Under the pieces are notes generated by a model. The model was not told the origin of the DNA, ran no database searches, and saw only the letters and a program-made list of their open reading frames with translations. From positions 2,784,001-2,848,000 of the forward strand of contig CAVTTN010000002.1 in assembly GCA_963737655.1 (NCBI GenBank): a stretch of 64,000 bases of DNA. The letters run 5' to 3'. The translations under genes were made by a program, and so were the position numbers. Numbering within the stretch: the stretch's first letter is position 1; each line of letters opens with the position of its first letter. Origin of the DNA: an uncultured Planctomycetota bacterium. GTDB lineage: Bacteria; Planctomycetota; Planctomycetia; Isosphaerales; Isosphaeraceae. Of this stretch, positions 9,163-18,708 are shown in pieces.

Positions 9163-10233
9163 ATGATCGATCCCGACCGCTTCCTCCGCCTCGTCCGCGG
9201 GGACTCTCGGGGCTTTTCGGCCTCGCTCGGTCGGATGGCGTTGGGCCTGGCCTCCGGGGTTTACAGCGTCGGGGTCGCAGGCCGCAATCGGCGGTTCGAT
9301 CGTGGCGGGAAGACGATCCATCGCGTCCCGATCCCGGTTGTGTCGATCGGCAACCTCACCCTCGGCGGCACCGGCAAGACGCCGATGGTCGAGTGGACGG
9401 CCCGGTGGTTCCGCAACCACGGCTTGCGGGTGGCGATCCTCAGCCGGGGGTATGGCCAGGCCGAGGGGATGAATGATGAGGGGCGAGTCCTGGAGGAAAA
9501 CTTGCCGGATGTCCCCCACCTTCAGGGGCGGGACCGGGCGTCTCTGGCGAGGATCGCCGTCGAGGAGTTGGAAAGTGAGGCGATCGTCCTCGACGATGGG
9601 TTCCAGCATCGCCGATTGGGCCGCGACCTGGATCTCGTCCTGCTCGATGCCCTCGATCCGTTCGGCCTGGGACGGCTTTTCCCTCGCGGATTGTTGCGGG
9701 AGCCGGTCTCGTCGCTGAAACGGGCCGGGGTGGTCGTCCTTTCGCGGGCCGACCTCGTGGACCCGTCGGCCCGGAAGGCGATTCGGGCCGAGGCCGAGCG
9801 GAAGGCCGGGCCGTTGCGGTGGGCCGAGGCTCGGCATTCGCCGATCGGGCTCCTCGATGCGGCGGGGAACGTCGAGGGGCTGGGATCGTTGGCGACACGG
9901 AAGGTCGCCGCGTTCTGCGGGATCGGCAATCCGGAGGGGTTCCGGCGGACCCTGGCCGGCCTGGGCGTCGAACCTCTGGGATTCCGCGTCTTCCCCGACC
10001 ATCATCCCTATTCGGCGGGCGACGTGGCCGACCTGGCGGGGTGGGCCAATGGCGTGGGGAGCGATCTGCTCTTGACCACCCAGAAGGATTTCGTGAAGCT
10101 TCGCGCCGATTCCCTGGGAACGGTCCCCTTGCGGGCCCTCAAGATCGGCCTGGAGGTGACCGAGGGCCGGGACGTCCTGGAAGAGGCCCTGTCGCGACTC
10201 CTCGCCGGAAGGATTCGGCCCGATTTCTCATGA
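9163..10233 (+). CDS. lpxK: Tetraacyldisaccharide 4'-kinase
   Basis: PVVSIGNLTLGGTGKTP, ILSRGYG, LDDGFQH, PRGLLREP, FCGIGNP, FPDHH, TTQKD. Confidence 0.95.
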   Translation: MIDPDRFLRLVRGDSRGFSASLGRMALGLASGVYSVGVAGRNRRFDRGGKTIHRVPIPVVSIGNLTLGGTGKTPMVEWTARWFRNHGLRVAILSRGYGQAEGMNDEGRVLEENLPDVPHLQGRDRASLARIAVEELESEAIVLDDGFQHRRLGRDLDLVLLDALDPFGLGRLFPRGLLREPVSSLKRAGVVVLSRADLVDPSARKAIRAEAERKAGPLRWAEARHSPIGLLDAAGNVEGLGSLATRKVAAFCGIGNPEGFRRTLAGLGVEPLGFRVFPDHHPYSAGDVADLAGWANGVGSDLLLTTQKDFVKLRADSLGTVPLRALKIGLEVTEGRDVLEEALSRLLAGRIRPDFS

Positions 10234-11369
10234 AAATCGTCGTTTTCGCGCCGAACCTGATCGGCGACACGGTGATGGCCACCCCCACGTTCCGGGCCCT
10301 CCGCGATGGCGGGGCCGATCTGGACGTGGTGATCCGGCCGCATGTGGCGCCCACGCTCGACGGGTCTCCCTGGTTCGATCGCGTGATCCCCTATTCGCCG
10401 AAAAGTGACGATCCGAAGAGGCGGACGCTCGCCGTGGTCCGCCGTCTTCGGGCGAATCGCTATGACGCGGCGGTCCTCCTGCCCAACTCGTTCCGATCGG
10501 CCCTGATGGCGAGGATGGCGGGCATCCCGAGGCGAGTCGGCTACGCCCGAGGGGGCCGGGGGATGTTGCTGACCGATCGGTTGAGGCCGCTTCGCGACCG
10601 CAACGGCCGGTTCGTGCCGACGCCGATCCTCCCCGATTACCTCGCCCTGGCGCACCGGCTCGGGTTCGAGGCCAGTTCGACCCGGATCGAGCTGTTCACG
10701 ACCCCCGACGACGAAATCGCCGCCGATCGGGCCTTCGAGCGGCTCGGCTTGCTCGGAAAACGGCCGTTGATCGTCTTCAACACCGGAGGCGCGTTCGGCC
10801 CGGCCAAGAGCTGGCCGGCCCGCCATTTCGGGGGCCTGGCGAGACGTCTCGTCCACGAGGCGGGGGCGTCGATCCTGGTGGTCTGCGGCCCGTCGGAGAG
10901 GGACTCGGCGAGGGCGATCGTGGCCCAGAGCGATCACCCTCGAGTGGTCAGCCTGGCCGACGAGCCCCTTTCGATCGGCCTGACCAAGGCGTGCGTCCGC
11001 CGCTCGGACCTGATGGTCACGACCGACAGCGGCCCCCGGCACTTCGCCGGGGCGTTCGGCGTGCCGGTCGTCACGATCTTCGGGCCGACTCACATCGCCT
11101 GGACCCGCACCTTCCTGCCCAACGCGCTCCACGTCCAGAAAGACGTGCCGTGCGGGCCTTGCCAGCGGGGCGAATGCCCTCTCAAGCATCACGAATGCAT
11201 GAACGGGTTGTCGCCCGATCCGGTCTTCTCGGCGTCGATGCGACTGCTGGACGGCGGCGGCGGCAGGGGCGGGGCGTCCGTCGATCCTCCGTCGGCCAGG
11301 GATCGGCCGAGGATCGACCCGCCGACTCCGACGAGGAGCGTGACGAAGCCCTGGGCGATCCACCGATAA
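10230..11369 (+). CDS. waaF: LPS heptosyltransferase II (GT9); C-terminus extended into convergent gene
   Basis: PNLIGDTVMATP, LLPNSFRSA, GGAFGPAKSWP, TTDSGPRHFA, PCGPC..CPLKHHECM. Confidence 0.88.
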   Translation: MKIVVFAPNLIGDTVMATPTFRALRDGGADLDVVIRPHVAPTLDGSPWFDRVIPYSPKSDDPKRRTLAVVRRLRANRYDAAVLLPNSFRSALMARMAGIPRRVGYARGGRGMLLTDRLRPLRDRNGRFVPTPILPDYLALAHRLGFEASSTRIELFTTPDDEIAADRAFERLGLLGKRPLIVFNTGGAFGPAKSWPARHFGGLARRLVHEAGASILVVCGPSERDSARAIVAQSDHPRVVSLADEPLSIGLTKACVRRSDLMVTTDSGPRHFAGAFGVPVVTIFGPTHIAWTRTFLPNALHVQKDVPCGPCQRGECPLKHHECMNGLSPDPVFSASMRLLDGGGGRGGASVDPPSARDRPRIDPPTPTRSVTKPWAIHR

Positions 11370-11743
11370 TTGGAGTAGTCGGGCGACGGCTCCCACGAGA
11401 TCGGCGTGGGCATGTTCTGCAAGTTGGGGCTGAGCATCGGCTGGAAGTAGACGAACACGATGCAGGGGAAGAGATTGGGCGAGGGGAAACTGGACGTGGT
11501 GGACCAGTGGTTCGTATAGACGTAAAGATAGGCCCAGCCGAACAGCGAGAACCCGAGCCAGTTTGGCCGGCGGTCTCCCCGGCGGACGAGGGCCCCGAGC
11601 GTCGCCCCGCAAAGGATCAGGAACGTGGCCGACGTGACCAGGCTGGCCAGGGCGGGCGACGGGTTCCTCATCGCGGCGAGGGCCAGGGCGACCAGCAGGA
11701 CCAGGGCCATGAGGCCCCGGATCGAGACTCGCGGACGTCGCAT
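11189..11743 (-). CDS. Hypothetical membrane protein (MRRPRVSIRGLMALV-type N-terminus)
   Basis: Several hydrophobic segments, WLGFSLFGWAYL; GAGAGG upstream. Confidence 0.7.
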   Translation of the reverse strand: MRRPRVSIRGLMALVLLVALALAAMRNPSPALASLVTSATFLILCGATLGALVRRGDRRPNWLGFSLFGWAYLYVYTNHWSTTSSFPSPNLFPCIVFVYFQPMLSPNLQNMPTPISWEPSPDYSNYRWIAQGFVTLLVGVGGSILGRSLADGGSTDAPPLPPPPSSSRIDAEKTGSGDNPFMHS

Positions 11744-11866
11744 CGGCGCCTCTCTCGCTCGGCCTCGGGGCGGTAACCCTAAGATTATCGGGGAGCCGTC
11801 AAGACGGAGGGAAGGGCGCGGTCCGGGCGGCTCCTTCGGCGGCCTCGGCAATTCAAGGGGGGAGTC

Positions 11867-12793
11867 ATGACGACCTGGATGGTCACCGGAGGGTCGGGGT
11901 TCCTCGGTCGTCACGTCCTGGCGGCCCTGGCCGAGCCCGAGTCGGGCCGTCGGGTCGTGGCCCTGGGGCGTCATCATCCCGGGGGATGGCCGATGGAGGA
12001 CTTCCTCCGGGCCGACCTGGAGGACCCGATCGCCCTGGAACGCGCCCTCCAGGCGATCCGGCCGGACGTGACGATTCACGCCGCGGGCAAGACGCCTCCG
12101 GCGCCCGCCCCCCTGCTCTACCGGGCGAACACGCGATGCGTGGCGAACCTGATCGAGGCGCTTCGAAGGCTCGGACGGCCGACGAGGCTGGTCCTGGCCG
12201 GATCGGCGGCCGAGCTCGGGCCGGTGCCCGCCGATCGCCTGCCCGCGTCCGAGTCCTTCCCCTGCCGCCCCCTGGATGCCTATGGCCTGAGCAAGTGGGC
12301 GGCCTGTCGGATCGCCCTGGCGGCGGGCCCGCCGGTCGAGGCGGTCTCGGCGAGGATCTTCAACATGATCGGCCCCGGGATGCCGACCTCGCAAGCATTC
12401 GGCCGGTTCGCCCGCGACTTGCTCGCCCCGGGCCCCGATCCCCTGGTGCTGAACGTCGGCGACCTGGACGCCCGACGCGACTTCGTGGACGTCCGAGACG
12501 CCGCCTCCGCGCTGATCCTCCTGGCCGAACGGGGCGACCCGGGAGCGATCTATCACGTCGGGACGGGTCGATCCCGGGCGATCGGCGACGGGCTGGACCG
12601 CCTGATCGGCCTCAGCGGGCGTGACGTCCGGGTGGAACGGATCGGAGCGGGGCGAGGGCCGGCCGACTCCCGGGCCGAGATCGCGAGGATCGTCGAAGCG
12701 GTCGGATGGCGGCCCGAAGTCCCGTTCGAAACGAGCCTGGCCGACCTCTGGGATGAGGCGAGGCGGCTTGTGGGGACTCGGCGGGTCGCATGA
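11867..12793 (+). CDS. NAD-dependent epimerase/dehydratase (RMD-like sugar-nucleotide reductase)
   Basis: VTGGSGFLG, GSAAE, YGLSK, FNMIGPG, VGDLDARRDFVDVRD. Confidence 0.88.
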   Translation: MTTWMVTGGSGFLGRHVLAALAEPESGRRVVALGRHHPGGWPMEDFLRADLEDPIALERALQAIRPDVTIHAAGKTPPAPAPLLYRANTRCVANLIEALRRLGRPTRLVLAGSAAELGPVPADRLPASESFPCRPLDAYGLSKWAACRIALAAGPPVEAVSARIFNMIGPGMPTSQAFGRFARDLLAPGPDPLVLNVGDLDARRDFVDVRDAASALILLAERGDPGAIYHVGTGRSRAIGDGLDRLIGLSGRDVRVERIGAGRGPADSRAEIARIVEAVGWRPEVPFETSLADLWDEARRLVGTRRVA

Positions 12794-12858
12794 TGTCGGA
12801 TCCAGGAGCGGCCGTCAATCCATGAGGGGGCGGCCGGTCGGTCGGCCGCCGCGTGGTT

Positions 12859-12905
12859 GGTGCATTTCATGCACCCTACAGAACCGTGCATCTCTTGCAC
12901 CCGAC
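12859..12905 (-). repeat. REP-like palindrome family B (GTAG-GGTGCAT-GAA-ATGCACC) plus adjacent degenerate copy
   Basis: ggtgcatttcatgcaccctac at 12859-12879; gtgcatctcttgcacccgac at 12886-12905; same motif at 43124 and 43244. Confidence 0.7.
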
Positions 12906-12995
12906 TTTGCCCTTGTCGGCCGGACTCGTCCGGCTAGAATGCGGCCCCTGGCCCGAGGATCGGGCCGGTGGTGCGCCCCGAGGAGGCCCCGGGCG

Positions 12996-14606
12996 ATGGA
13001 TCGCCGCGTCTTGATCCCGGTCGTCCTGCTCGGCGCGATCCTCCATGCCGTCGGCGTGGCCAGGTCGAGCCTCCCGGCGCAGGATGGGCTCAAATTCTTG
13101 AGGACTGCTCGCGACTTCCAGTCTCGGCCGTGGGCCGAGGTGGTCCGCTCCAGCGACCGGCACCCGCTCTATCCGGCGGCCGTGGCGATCGCCCAGCCGG
13201 CGATTCGCTCGATCCTGGGCGACGGCCCCGACTCCTGGCGGGTCGCCGGCCAGCTCGTCTCCGCCCTCGCCTCGCTGCTGATCCTGATCCCGCTTTTCGG
13301 CCTGAGCCGATCCCTGTTCGACGCCCCGGCCGCCGCGCTGGCGGCCTTGCTGTTCGTCCTCCTGCCGATCCCCGCGGCCGTGGGTCGCGACGTGCTGGCC
13401 GATTCGTCGGCCTTGCTTGGGTTCGCCTTCGCCCTTTGGCTCGGGATCAAGGCGATGGACTCGGGGCGGCTCCCGGTGGCGATCGGTTGCGGTCTGGCGG
13501 CGGGGCTGGGCTACCTGGCGAGGCCCGAGGTCGCCGTCCTGCCGATGGCCCTGGTGGTCGAGGCCACGGCCCGACGATTCGAAGGCCGGGCGGCCCGGCC
13601 GGGATCGTGGCGAGTGGGCGTCCCGGCCCTCGCGTTCCTGACGGTGGTGGGTTCTTACGCGATCGTGAAGGGGGAAGTCTCCGAGAAGCTCGCGCTGAGG
13701 CGGGTCGCGGCGATTCCTTCGAAGCACGATGCCCCGGCCGTGGCCCGGCCGCTCCCTCCGGGCCTGGATGACCCCCGGCTCGATTTTTCGGCGAAGGAGG
13801 AGTCGGACGACCCGGGCCGGATGAGCGTGCCGGCCGCCTCGCTCCGGTTCGCGGGCGGATGGGCCGAGGCGATGGGCTTCGCGCTCCTGCCGATGGCGAT
13901 TTGGGGGGCCGTCCGCGTTCGCTCGGGCCCGGGCCGGCGGTTGATCGGGATCTACGTCGCGATCTTCGCGGCGGTGGCCGTCCGCCATGCCATGACGTTC
14001 GGCTACCTGTCCCCTCGTCACACGCTGTCGCTGGTCGTGGCGACGTTGCCGTTCGCCTCGGCCGGGATTCTCGACCTCGCAGGGGCGGTCCGCCGACGGC
14101 TGGGCGTCGAGGAGGCGGCGAACGGGCTCTGGGTCCGTCGAGGAGCCGCGATCCTGGCGATGATCGCCTTGGCGGTCGGCGTCCAGTTCCACCACGAGTC
14201 CCACCCGAGTCGATGGGGCCACTCGGAGGCGGGCCGGTGGCTGGGCGATCATGCGACGGTGGAACAATCGGTGCTCGATACCCGGGGCTGGGCGACGTTC
14301 GTTTCCGGCGTTCGAGGGCTGGATTACTGGCACGTCCGCCAGGCGTTGGCCGACCCGTCCCTGGCGTTTTTCGTCGTGGGTCAGGACGAGCTTGAGGCTT
14401 CAAGCCGCCGGGCCGAGACGCTCGCCGCGATCCTCGATTATGCCGCCGAACCCGTGGCCGAATTCCCGGGCCGGAAGGGCGGACGATCGGCGGCGGTCCG
14501 GGTGTATCGGTTCCATCGGCCGACCGACTGGCGGGGGATGCCCATCGGGCGGAGGACCGTCCCCTCGTTGGCGATCCGACCGAGCGGATCGGAGGCCGTG
14601 CGATGA
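12996..14606 (+). CDS. Polytopic membrane glycosyltransferase, ArnT/PMT (GT-C)-like
   Basis: N-terminal TM then AQDG, HPLYP, many TMs, GYLARPE; located in LPS cluster. Confidence 0.75.
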   Translation: MDRRVLIPVVLLGAILHAVGVARSSLPAQDGLKFLRTARDFQSRPWAEVVRSSDRHPLYPAAVAIAQPAIRSILGDGPDSWRVAGQLVSALASLLILIPLFGLSRSLFDAPAAALAALLFVLLPIPAAVGRDVLADSSALLGFAFALWLGIKAMDSGRLPVAIGCGLAAGLGYLARPEVAVLPMALVVEATARRFEGRAARPGSWRVGVPALAFLTVVGSYAIVKGEVSEKLALRRVAAIPSKHDAPAVARPLPPGLDDPRLDFSAKEESDDPGRMSVPAASLRFAGGWAEAMGFALLPMAIWGAVRVRSGPGRRLIGIYVAIFAAVAVRHAMTFGYLSPRHTLSLVVATLPFASAGILDLAGAVRRRLGVEEAANGLWVRRGAAILAMIALAVGVQFHHESHPSRWGHSEAGRWLGDHATVEQSVLDTRGWATFVSGVRGLDYWHVRQALADPSLAFFVVGQDELEASSRRAETLAAILDYAAEPVAEFPGRKGGRSAAVRVYRFHRPTDWRGMPIGRRTVPSLAIRPSGSEAVR

Positions 14607-15456
14607 CCCGAGATCTCGGGACGATCCTGGGGAGGGCGAGGCGAGGGGTCCGCTGGGTCTGGCGGAATCCGACGTTCGCGCACGCCTTGCCCGAGGACCT
14701 CGATCGGACCGTCATGGACCTCCCCGCCACCGACCGCCTCCACGCCAAGCAGGGGCGATCGACGGCCCGGGTGCGGTTCGACTCGCCCGGCGGCCCCCTG
14801 AGCGTGTATCTGAAGCGTCATTATCGCCTGCCCGCCTGGAACCGCCTGGCGGCGTGGCTGAATCCCTCGGGGAAGCACACGCCGGCGGCCAGCGAGCTGG
14901 CGCACCTGGATCGCGCCGAAATCTCGGCGTGAGCGTGCCGGACGCCGTGGCGGCGGGCGAGGCGATCGGCCCTTGGGGACGGCTCACCAGCTTCCTGATG
15001 GTCGCCGAGCTCGTCGGCCGTCGCGAGCTGAACGAGGTCTTGCCGGGCCTGGCCGAGACGATGCCGCCGCGGGACTTCGCCCGGCTCAAGCGCGAGCTGG
15101 CCCGGGAGATGGCCGAGGTCGCCGCGAGGCTCCACCGGGCGAGCGTCTTCCACAAGGACCTCTACCTCTGCCACTTCTTCCTCGATGCGTCGCCCGACGC
15201 CCCGAGCGGCCGTCGGCTCACCCTGATCGACCTCCACCGATTGGCCGAGCACCGAGTCACGGGCTTCCGCTGGCGATGGAAGGACCTGGGGCAGTTGCTC
15301 TACTCGACGTTCGGCGTCTCGGGGATCGACGATCGCGACCGCCTCCGATTCTGGTCCCATTATCGAAGGCTCGCGGGCCTGCGATGCTCCCGATGGCAGG
15401 CGAGGCGGGTCGCGGCGAAGGCCGACCGCTATCGACGGCACAACTCCGGCGGCTGA
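14603..15456 (+). CDS. LPS core kinase (WaaP/Kdo kinase family); frameshift near 14925
   Basis: VYLKRH in first frame; RLHRASVFHKDLYLCHF, LIDLHRL, RWRWKDLGQL in second frame. Confidence 0.85.
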
Positions 15457-15466
15457 GGAGGCACGC

Positions 15467-16699
15467 ATGAGGCTGGCGTTGACGTTCCAGAGGGTCGATC
15501 CGTCGAAGGGCGGGGCCGAGACGTACGTGGCCGACCTCGCCCGGAGGCTCGTCGCCTCGGGGCATCGCGTCTCGCTCGTGGCCGACCGATGGGCCGCCGG
15601 CGCCCTGCCCGCCGAGGTGGAGACCGTCCGCGCCGAGGCCCGGGGGCGGACCCGATGGGGCCGCATCCTGGGTTTCGCCCGCGAGTCCGAGCGCGTCCTG
15701 AAGGCGTCGAATTATGATTGCACGATCGGCTTCATCAACACCTGGCACCAGGACATTTTGATCCCTCAGGGGGGCGTCCACCAGGGGAGCCTGCAGGCGA
15801 ACGCCAGGCGGTTCCCTCCCGGGTGGCGGAGGGCGCTCTACGTCGCCGCGAAACGGGCCAATCCCAAGCTCTGGGGCCTCTATCGGCCGATCGAGGCCAG
15901 GCAGTACGACCCGGCCCGGGGGACTCGCATCGTGGCCGTGAGCCGGATGGTCCGCGAGCATCTCGAACGGTTCCACGGGGTCGCCCCGGACCGCGTCCGG
16001 GTGATCCCCAACGCGATCGACGCCGGGAGGCTCGCGGTGGCCGATCCCTCGGCGGCGAGGGCGGCGGTCCGCGCCCGCCTGGGCCTGGAGGAGACGGACC
16101 TCGCCGCCCTGTTCGTGGCCCACAACTTCCGGCTCAAGGGCCTGCCCGCGCTCCTGGAGGCCCTGGCGCGGAGGTCGGCCGCGAATCCCTCGGCGAGGCC
16201 GGTCCATTTGCTGGTCTGCGGAGGGGGGAAGGTCGAGCCGATGCGGAGGCTCGTCGATCGGCTCGGCCTGGGCGCCACGGTCCACCTCGTGGGCTTCGCG
16301 CCGGAGGTCCGCGACTACTTCCACGCCGCCGATTTCTTCGTGTTGCCGAGCTATTACGACCCCTGCTCGCTCGTCGTCTTCGAGGCGCTGGCGTGCGGCC
16401 TCCCGGTGATCACGACCCGGCGGAACGGCGCCGGAGAAATCATCACCGAGGGCCGCGAGGGGTTCGTGATCCCCGAGCCCGACGACCACCCCGCGATGAT
16501 CGCCGCCCTGGAGCGAATGACCGACGACCCGGCGCGTCGGGCGATGTCCGAGGCCGCCGAGGAGCTCGGGCGGGCGCAGTCGTTCGACCTTCACGTGGCG
16601 CGTCTGCTGACGTATTGCCGGGACGTGGCCGAATGGAAGAGGACGAACCGACCCGGCCCCCGGATCGGCCGGAGGACGTTCGAGAGGACGGGAGTCTGA
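15467..16699 (+). CDS. GT4 glycosyltransferase (WaaG-like)
   Basis: GGAETY, FVAHNFRLKGL, PSYYDPCSLVVFEALACGLPVITT. Confidence 0.9.
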   Translation: MRLALTFQRVDPSKGGAETYVADLARRLVASGHRVSLVADRWAAGALPAEVETVRAEARGRTRWGRILGFARESERVLKASNYDCTIGFINTWHQDILIPQGGVHQGSLQANARRFPPGWRRALYVAAKRANPKLWGLYRPIEARQYDPARGTRIVAVSRMVREHLERFHGVAPDRVRVIPNAIDAGRLAVADPSAARAAVRARLGLEETDLAALFVAHNFRLKGLPALLEALARRSAANPSARPVHLLVCGGGKVEPMRRLVDRLGLGATVHLVGFAPEVRDYFHAADFFVLPSYYDPCSLVVFEALACGLPVITTRRNGAGEIITEGREGFVIPEPDDHPAMIAALERMTDDPARRAMSEAAEELGRAQSFDLHVARLLTYCRDVAEWKRTNRPGPRIGRRTFERTGV

Positions 16700-16742
16700 A
16701 GGTCTGTCCGGAACGGCGATTTTCGCGGCGGCGAGGCGGTCA

Positions 16743-16809
16743 GTAGGTCCGACTTCAATCGGGCCTAACCCAGGATTTCGGGAGTGGGCCCGACTGAAGT
16801 CGGACCTAC
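16743..16809. repeat. REP doublet (REPIN-like) family A, copy 1
   Basis: gtaggtccgacttcaatcgggcc ... ggcccgactgaagtcggacctac in inverted orientation. Confidence 0.9.
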
Positions 16810-16900
16810 TCATTCAACCGGCCGTTGGAGAGGTTCCCCGGATTGTCTCGGAGACGGGGCGGGCCACCCCGACGCGACTCTCGGCGAGCAAGGAGGCGAG

Positions 16901-17647
16901 ATGCAAGCGATCGTCCTGGCGGGGGGCAAGGGCACGAGGCTCCGGCCGTTCACCCACGTCTTCCCCAAGCCGCTGATGCCCCTGGGGGACGACAACCCCA
17001 TGCCGATCCTCGAAGTCGTCCTCCGGCAGCTCGCCCGGTTCGGCTTCGACGACGTGACCATCATCACCGGCTACCTGACCGAATATATCGAAACCTTCTG
17101 CAAGGACGGCCGCCGGTTCGGCACGAGGATCGGCTATCGTCGCGAGGTCACGCCGCTCGGCACCGCGGGCGGGCTCACCCTCGTCGATCGGCCGAAGGCG
17201 CCGGCGCTGGTGATCAACGGCGACATCCTGACCACGCTCGACTTCGGCGCCATGTACGACTTCCACCGGACCAGCGGCGCGTCGGCGACGATCGCGGCGT
17301 TCCCCCGGACGGTCCGGATCGATTTCGGCGTCCTGGACTTCGCCGGGGCGCCCCATGTCCTGTCGGGCTATCGCGAGAAGCCGGAGTTTTCTTTCGAAGT
17401 GAGCATGGGCGTCTACATCCTCGACCCGTCGGCCTGGGATTATCTCTCGCCGGGCGAGCCTATGCCGATGCCCGACCTCCTCGAGGCGATCCGGGGCGAG
17501 GGCAAGCCGGTCCACGCCTTCCGCCAGGATTGCGAGTGGCTGGACATCGGCCGCCACGACGATTACGCCGCCGCCAACGAGATCTTCCAGGCCCGCCGCA
17601 ACGCCTTCCTCGGCGACGTCGAGCGCCCCCGGCTGAAGATCGGTTAG
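16901..17647 (+). CDS. Sugar-phosphate nucleotidyltransferase
   Basis: IVLAGGKGTRLRPFT..PKPLMP, PLGTAGGL, NGDILT, YREKP, WLDIG. Confidence 0.92.
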   Translation: MQAIVLAGGKGTRLRPFTHVFPKPLMPLGDDNPMPILEVVLRQLARFGFDDVTIITGYLTEYIETFCKDGRRFGTRIGYRREVTPLGTAGGLTLVDRPKAPALVINGDILTTLDFGAMYDFHRTSGASATIAAFPRTVRIDFGVLDFAGAPHVLSGYREKPEFSFEVSMGVYILDPSAWDYLSPGEPMPMPDLLEAIRGEGKPVHAFRQDCEWLDIGRHDDYAAANEIFQARRNAFLGDVERPRLKIG

Positions 17648-17661
17648 AATGACGGCGCTGA

Positions 17662-17762
17662 CGGTCCCCGGGCGGCATGCTGACGTCCTCGTAGGAATGT
17701 CTCCGATTCGAGTCCGGCCGAAGGCATGCTGTCGAGGACGTATGCATGCCGCCCGGGGACCG
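17662..17762. repeat. Palindromic element family C (long hairpin)
   Basis: Perfect 19-bp stem cggtccccgggcggcatgc / gcatgccgcccggggaccg plus inner acgtcctcg / cgaggacgt. Confidence 0.8.
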
Positions 17763-17788
17763 AAAACCGGATGAATGCAGCATGATCT

Positions 17789-17926
17789 GCTCTGCAAAAA
17801 AACCCATAGAGAATGAGGAAACGAATAGGTCCGACTTCAGTCGGGCCTACGAAAAAGGGATTCCTGCAGGCCCGACCGAAGTCGGACCTACCCCTCTCGA
17901 TACTTCGACGGGGTTTTCTGCAGAGC
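17789..17926. repeat. REP doublet family A copy 2 (17825-17891) nested in outer inverted repeats
   Basis: ataggtccgacttcagtcgggcctac ... gcaggcccgaccgaagtcggacctac; outer arms gctctgcaaaaaaaccc / gggttttctgcagagc. Confidence 0.85.
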
Positions 17927-17985
17927 GAGCCTGATCCCCGTTTTTCGGCGCCTCGAATGCCCGTCCCTTCGCGGATTCCCGAGCC

Positions 17986-18708
17986 ATGACCCCAACCGCC
18001 GCAGCCAGCCTCTCCCTGGTGATCGCCTACCTCGTCGGCTCGATCCCGTTCGCCTACGTGGTGGTGAAGGCGGCGAAGGGGATCGACGTGCGGACGGTCG
18101 GCTCGGGGAACGTGGGCGCGACCAACGCGGGCCGCGTCCTGGGGCGTCGGGGGTTCGTCCTGGTCTTCCTCCTCGACTTCTCCAAGGGGCTGGTGCCGAC
18201 GGTCGCCCTCCCGCTCCTCGTGACGTGGGGGACGGGTCGGCCGGTGGCGGACCTGGGCGTCCTGATCGCCCTGGCGACGATCCTCGGCCACAATTTCCCG
18301 ATCTATCTCGGCTTTCGAGGAGGAAAAGGCGTGGCGACGAGCCTCGGGGCCGTCTTCGGCCTGGACTGGGCGGCCAGCCTGGTGGCGACCCTGGCCTTCG
18401 GCGTGACCCTCCGCGCCAGCCGATACGTCTCGCTGTCGTCGATGGTCGGCGCCCTGGCGTTCGTGGTCGCGCATCTCGGCTGGGTGCTCGTCGTCGAGAG
18501 GAAGAACCCGTTCGACCGCGCCCACGCCGCGTTGAGCGGCCTCTCGCTGGTCCTTCTCGCGATGCTCCTCTTCCGTCACCGCGCGAACTGGGCGAGGATT
18601 CGCGATGGGACCGAGCCGAAGGTGTCGAGGACGAGGCGATCGGCGCCGTCGGGCAAGGCGGCGATCCTCGTCGTGGCCGCAATCGTCGCGGGGGGCTCGG
18701 CGCCCTGA
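17986..18708 (+). CDS. plsY: Glycerol-3-phosphate acyltransferase PlsY (probably fused to downstream ORF)
   Basis: YLVGSIP, DVRTVGSGNVGATNAGR, DFSKG, GHNFPIYLGFRGGKGVATSLG, HRANW.RI..GTE. Confidence 0.93.
   Translation: MTPTAAASLSLVIAYLVGSIPFAYVVVKAAKGIDVRTVGSGNVGATNAGRVLGRRGFVLVFLLDFSKGLVPTVALPLLVTWGTGRPVADLGVLIALATILGHNFPIYLGFRGGKGVATSLGAVFGLDWAASLVATLAFGVTLRASRYVSLSSMVGALAFVVAHLGWVLVVERKNPFDRAHAALSGLSLVLLAMLLFRHRANWARIRDGTEPKVSRTRRSAPSGKAAILVVAAIVAGGSAP

Noticed and set aside
16743..17926. Possible CRISPR array from recurring ~23-bp repeats
   Set aside because: Repeats are inverted pairs at dispersed sites, not direct repeats with regular spacers; no cas genes
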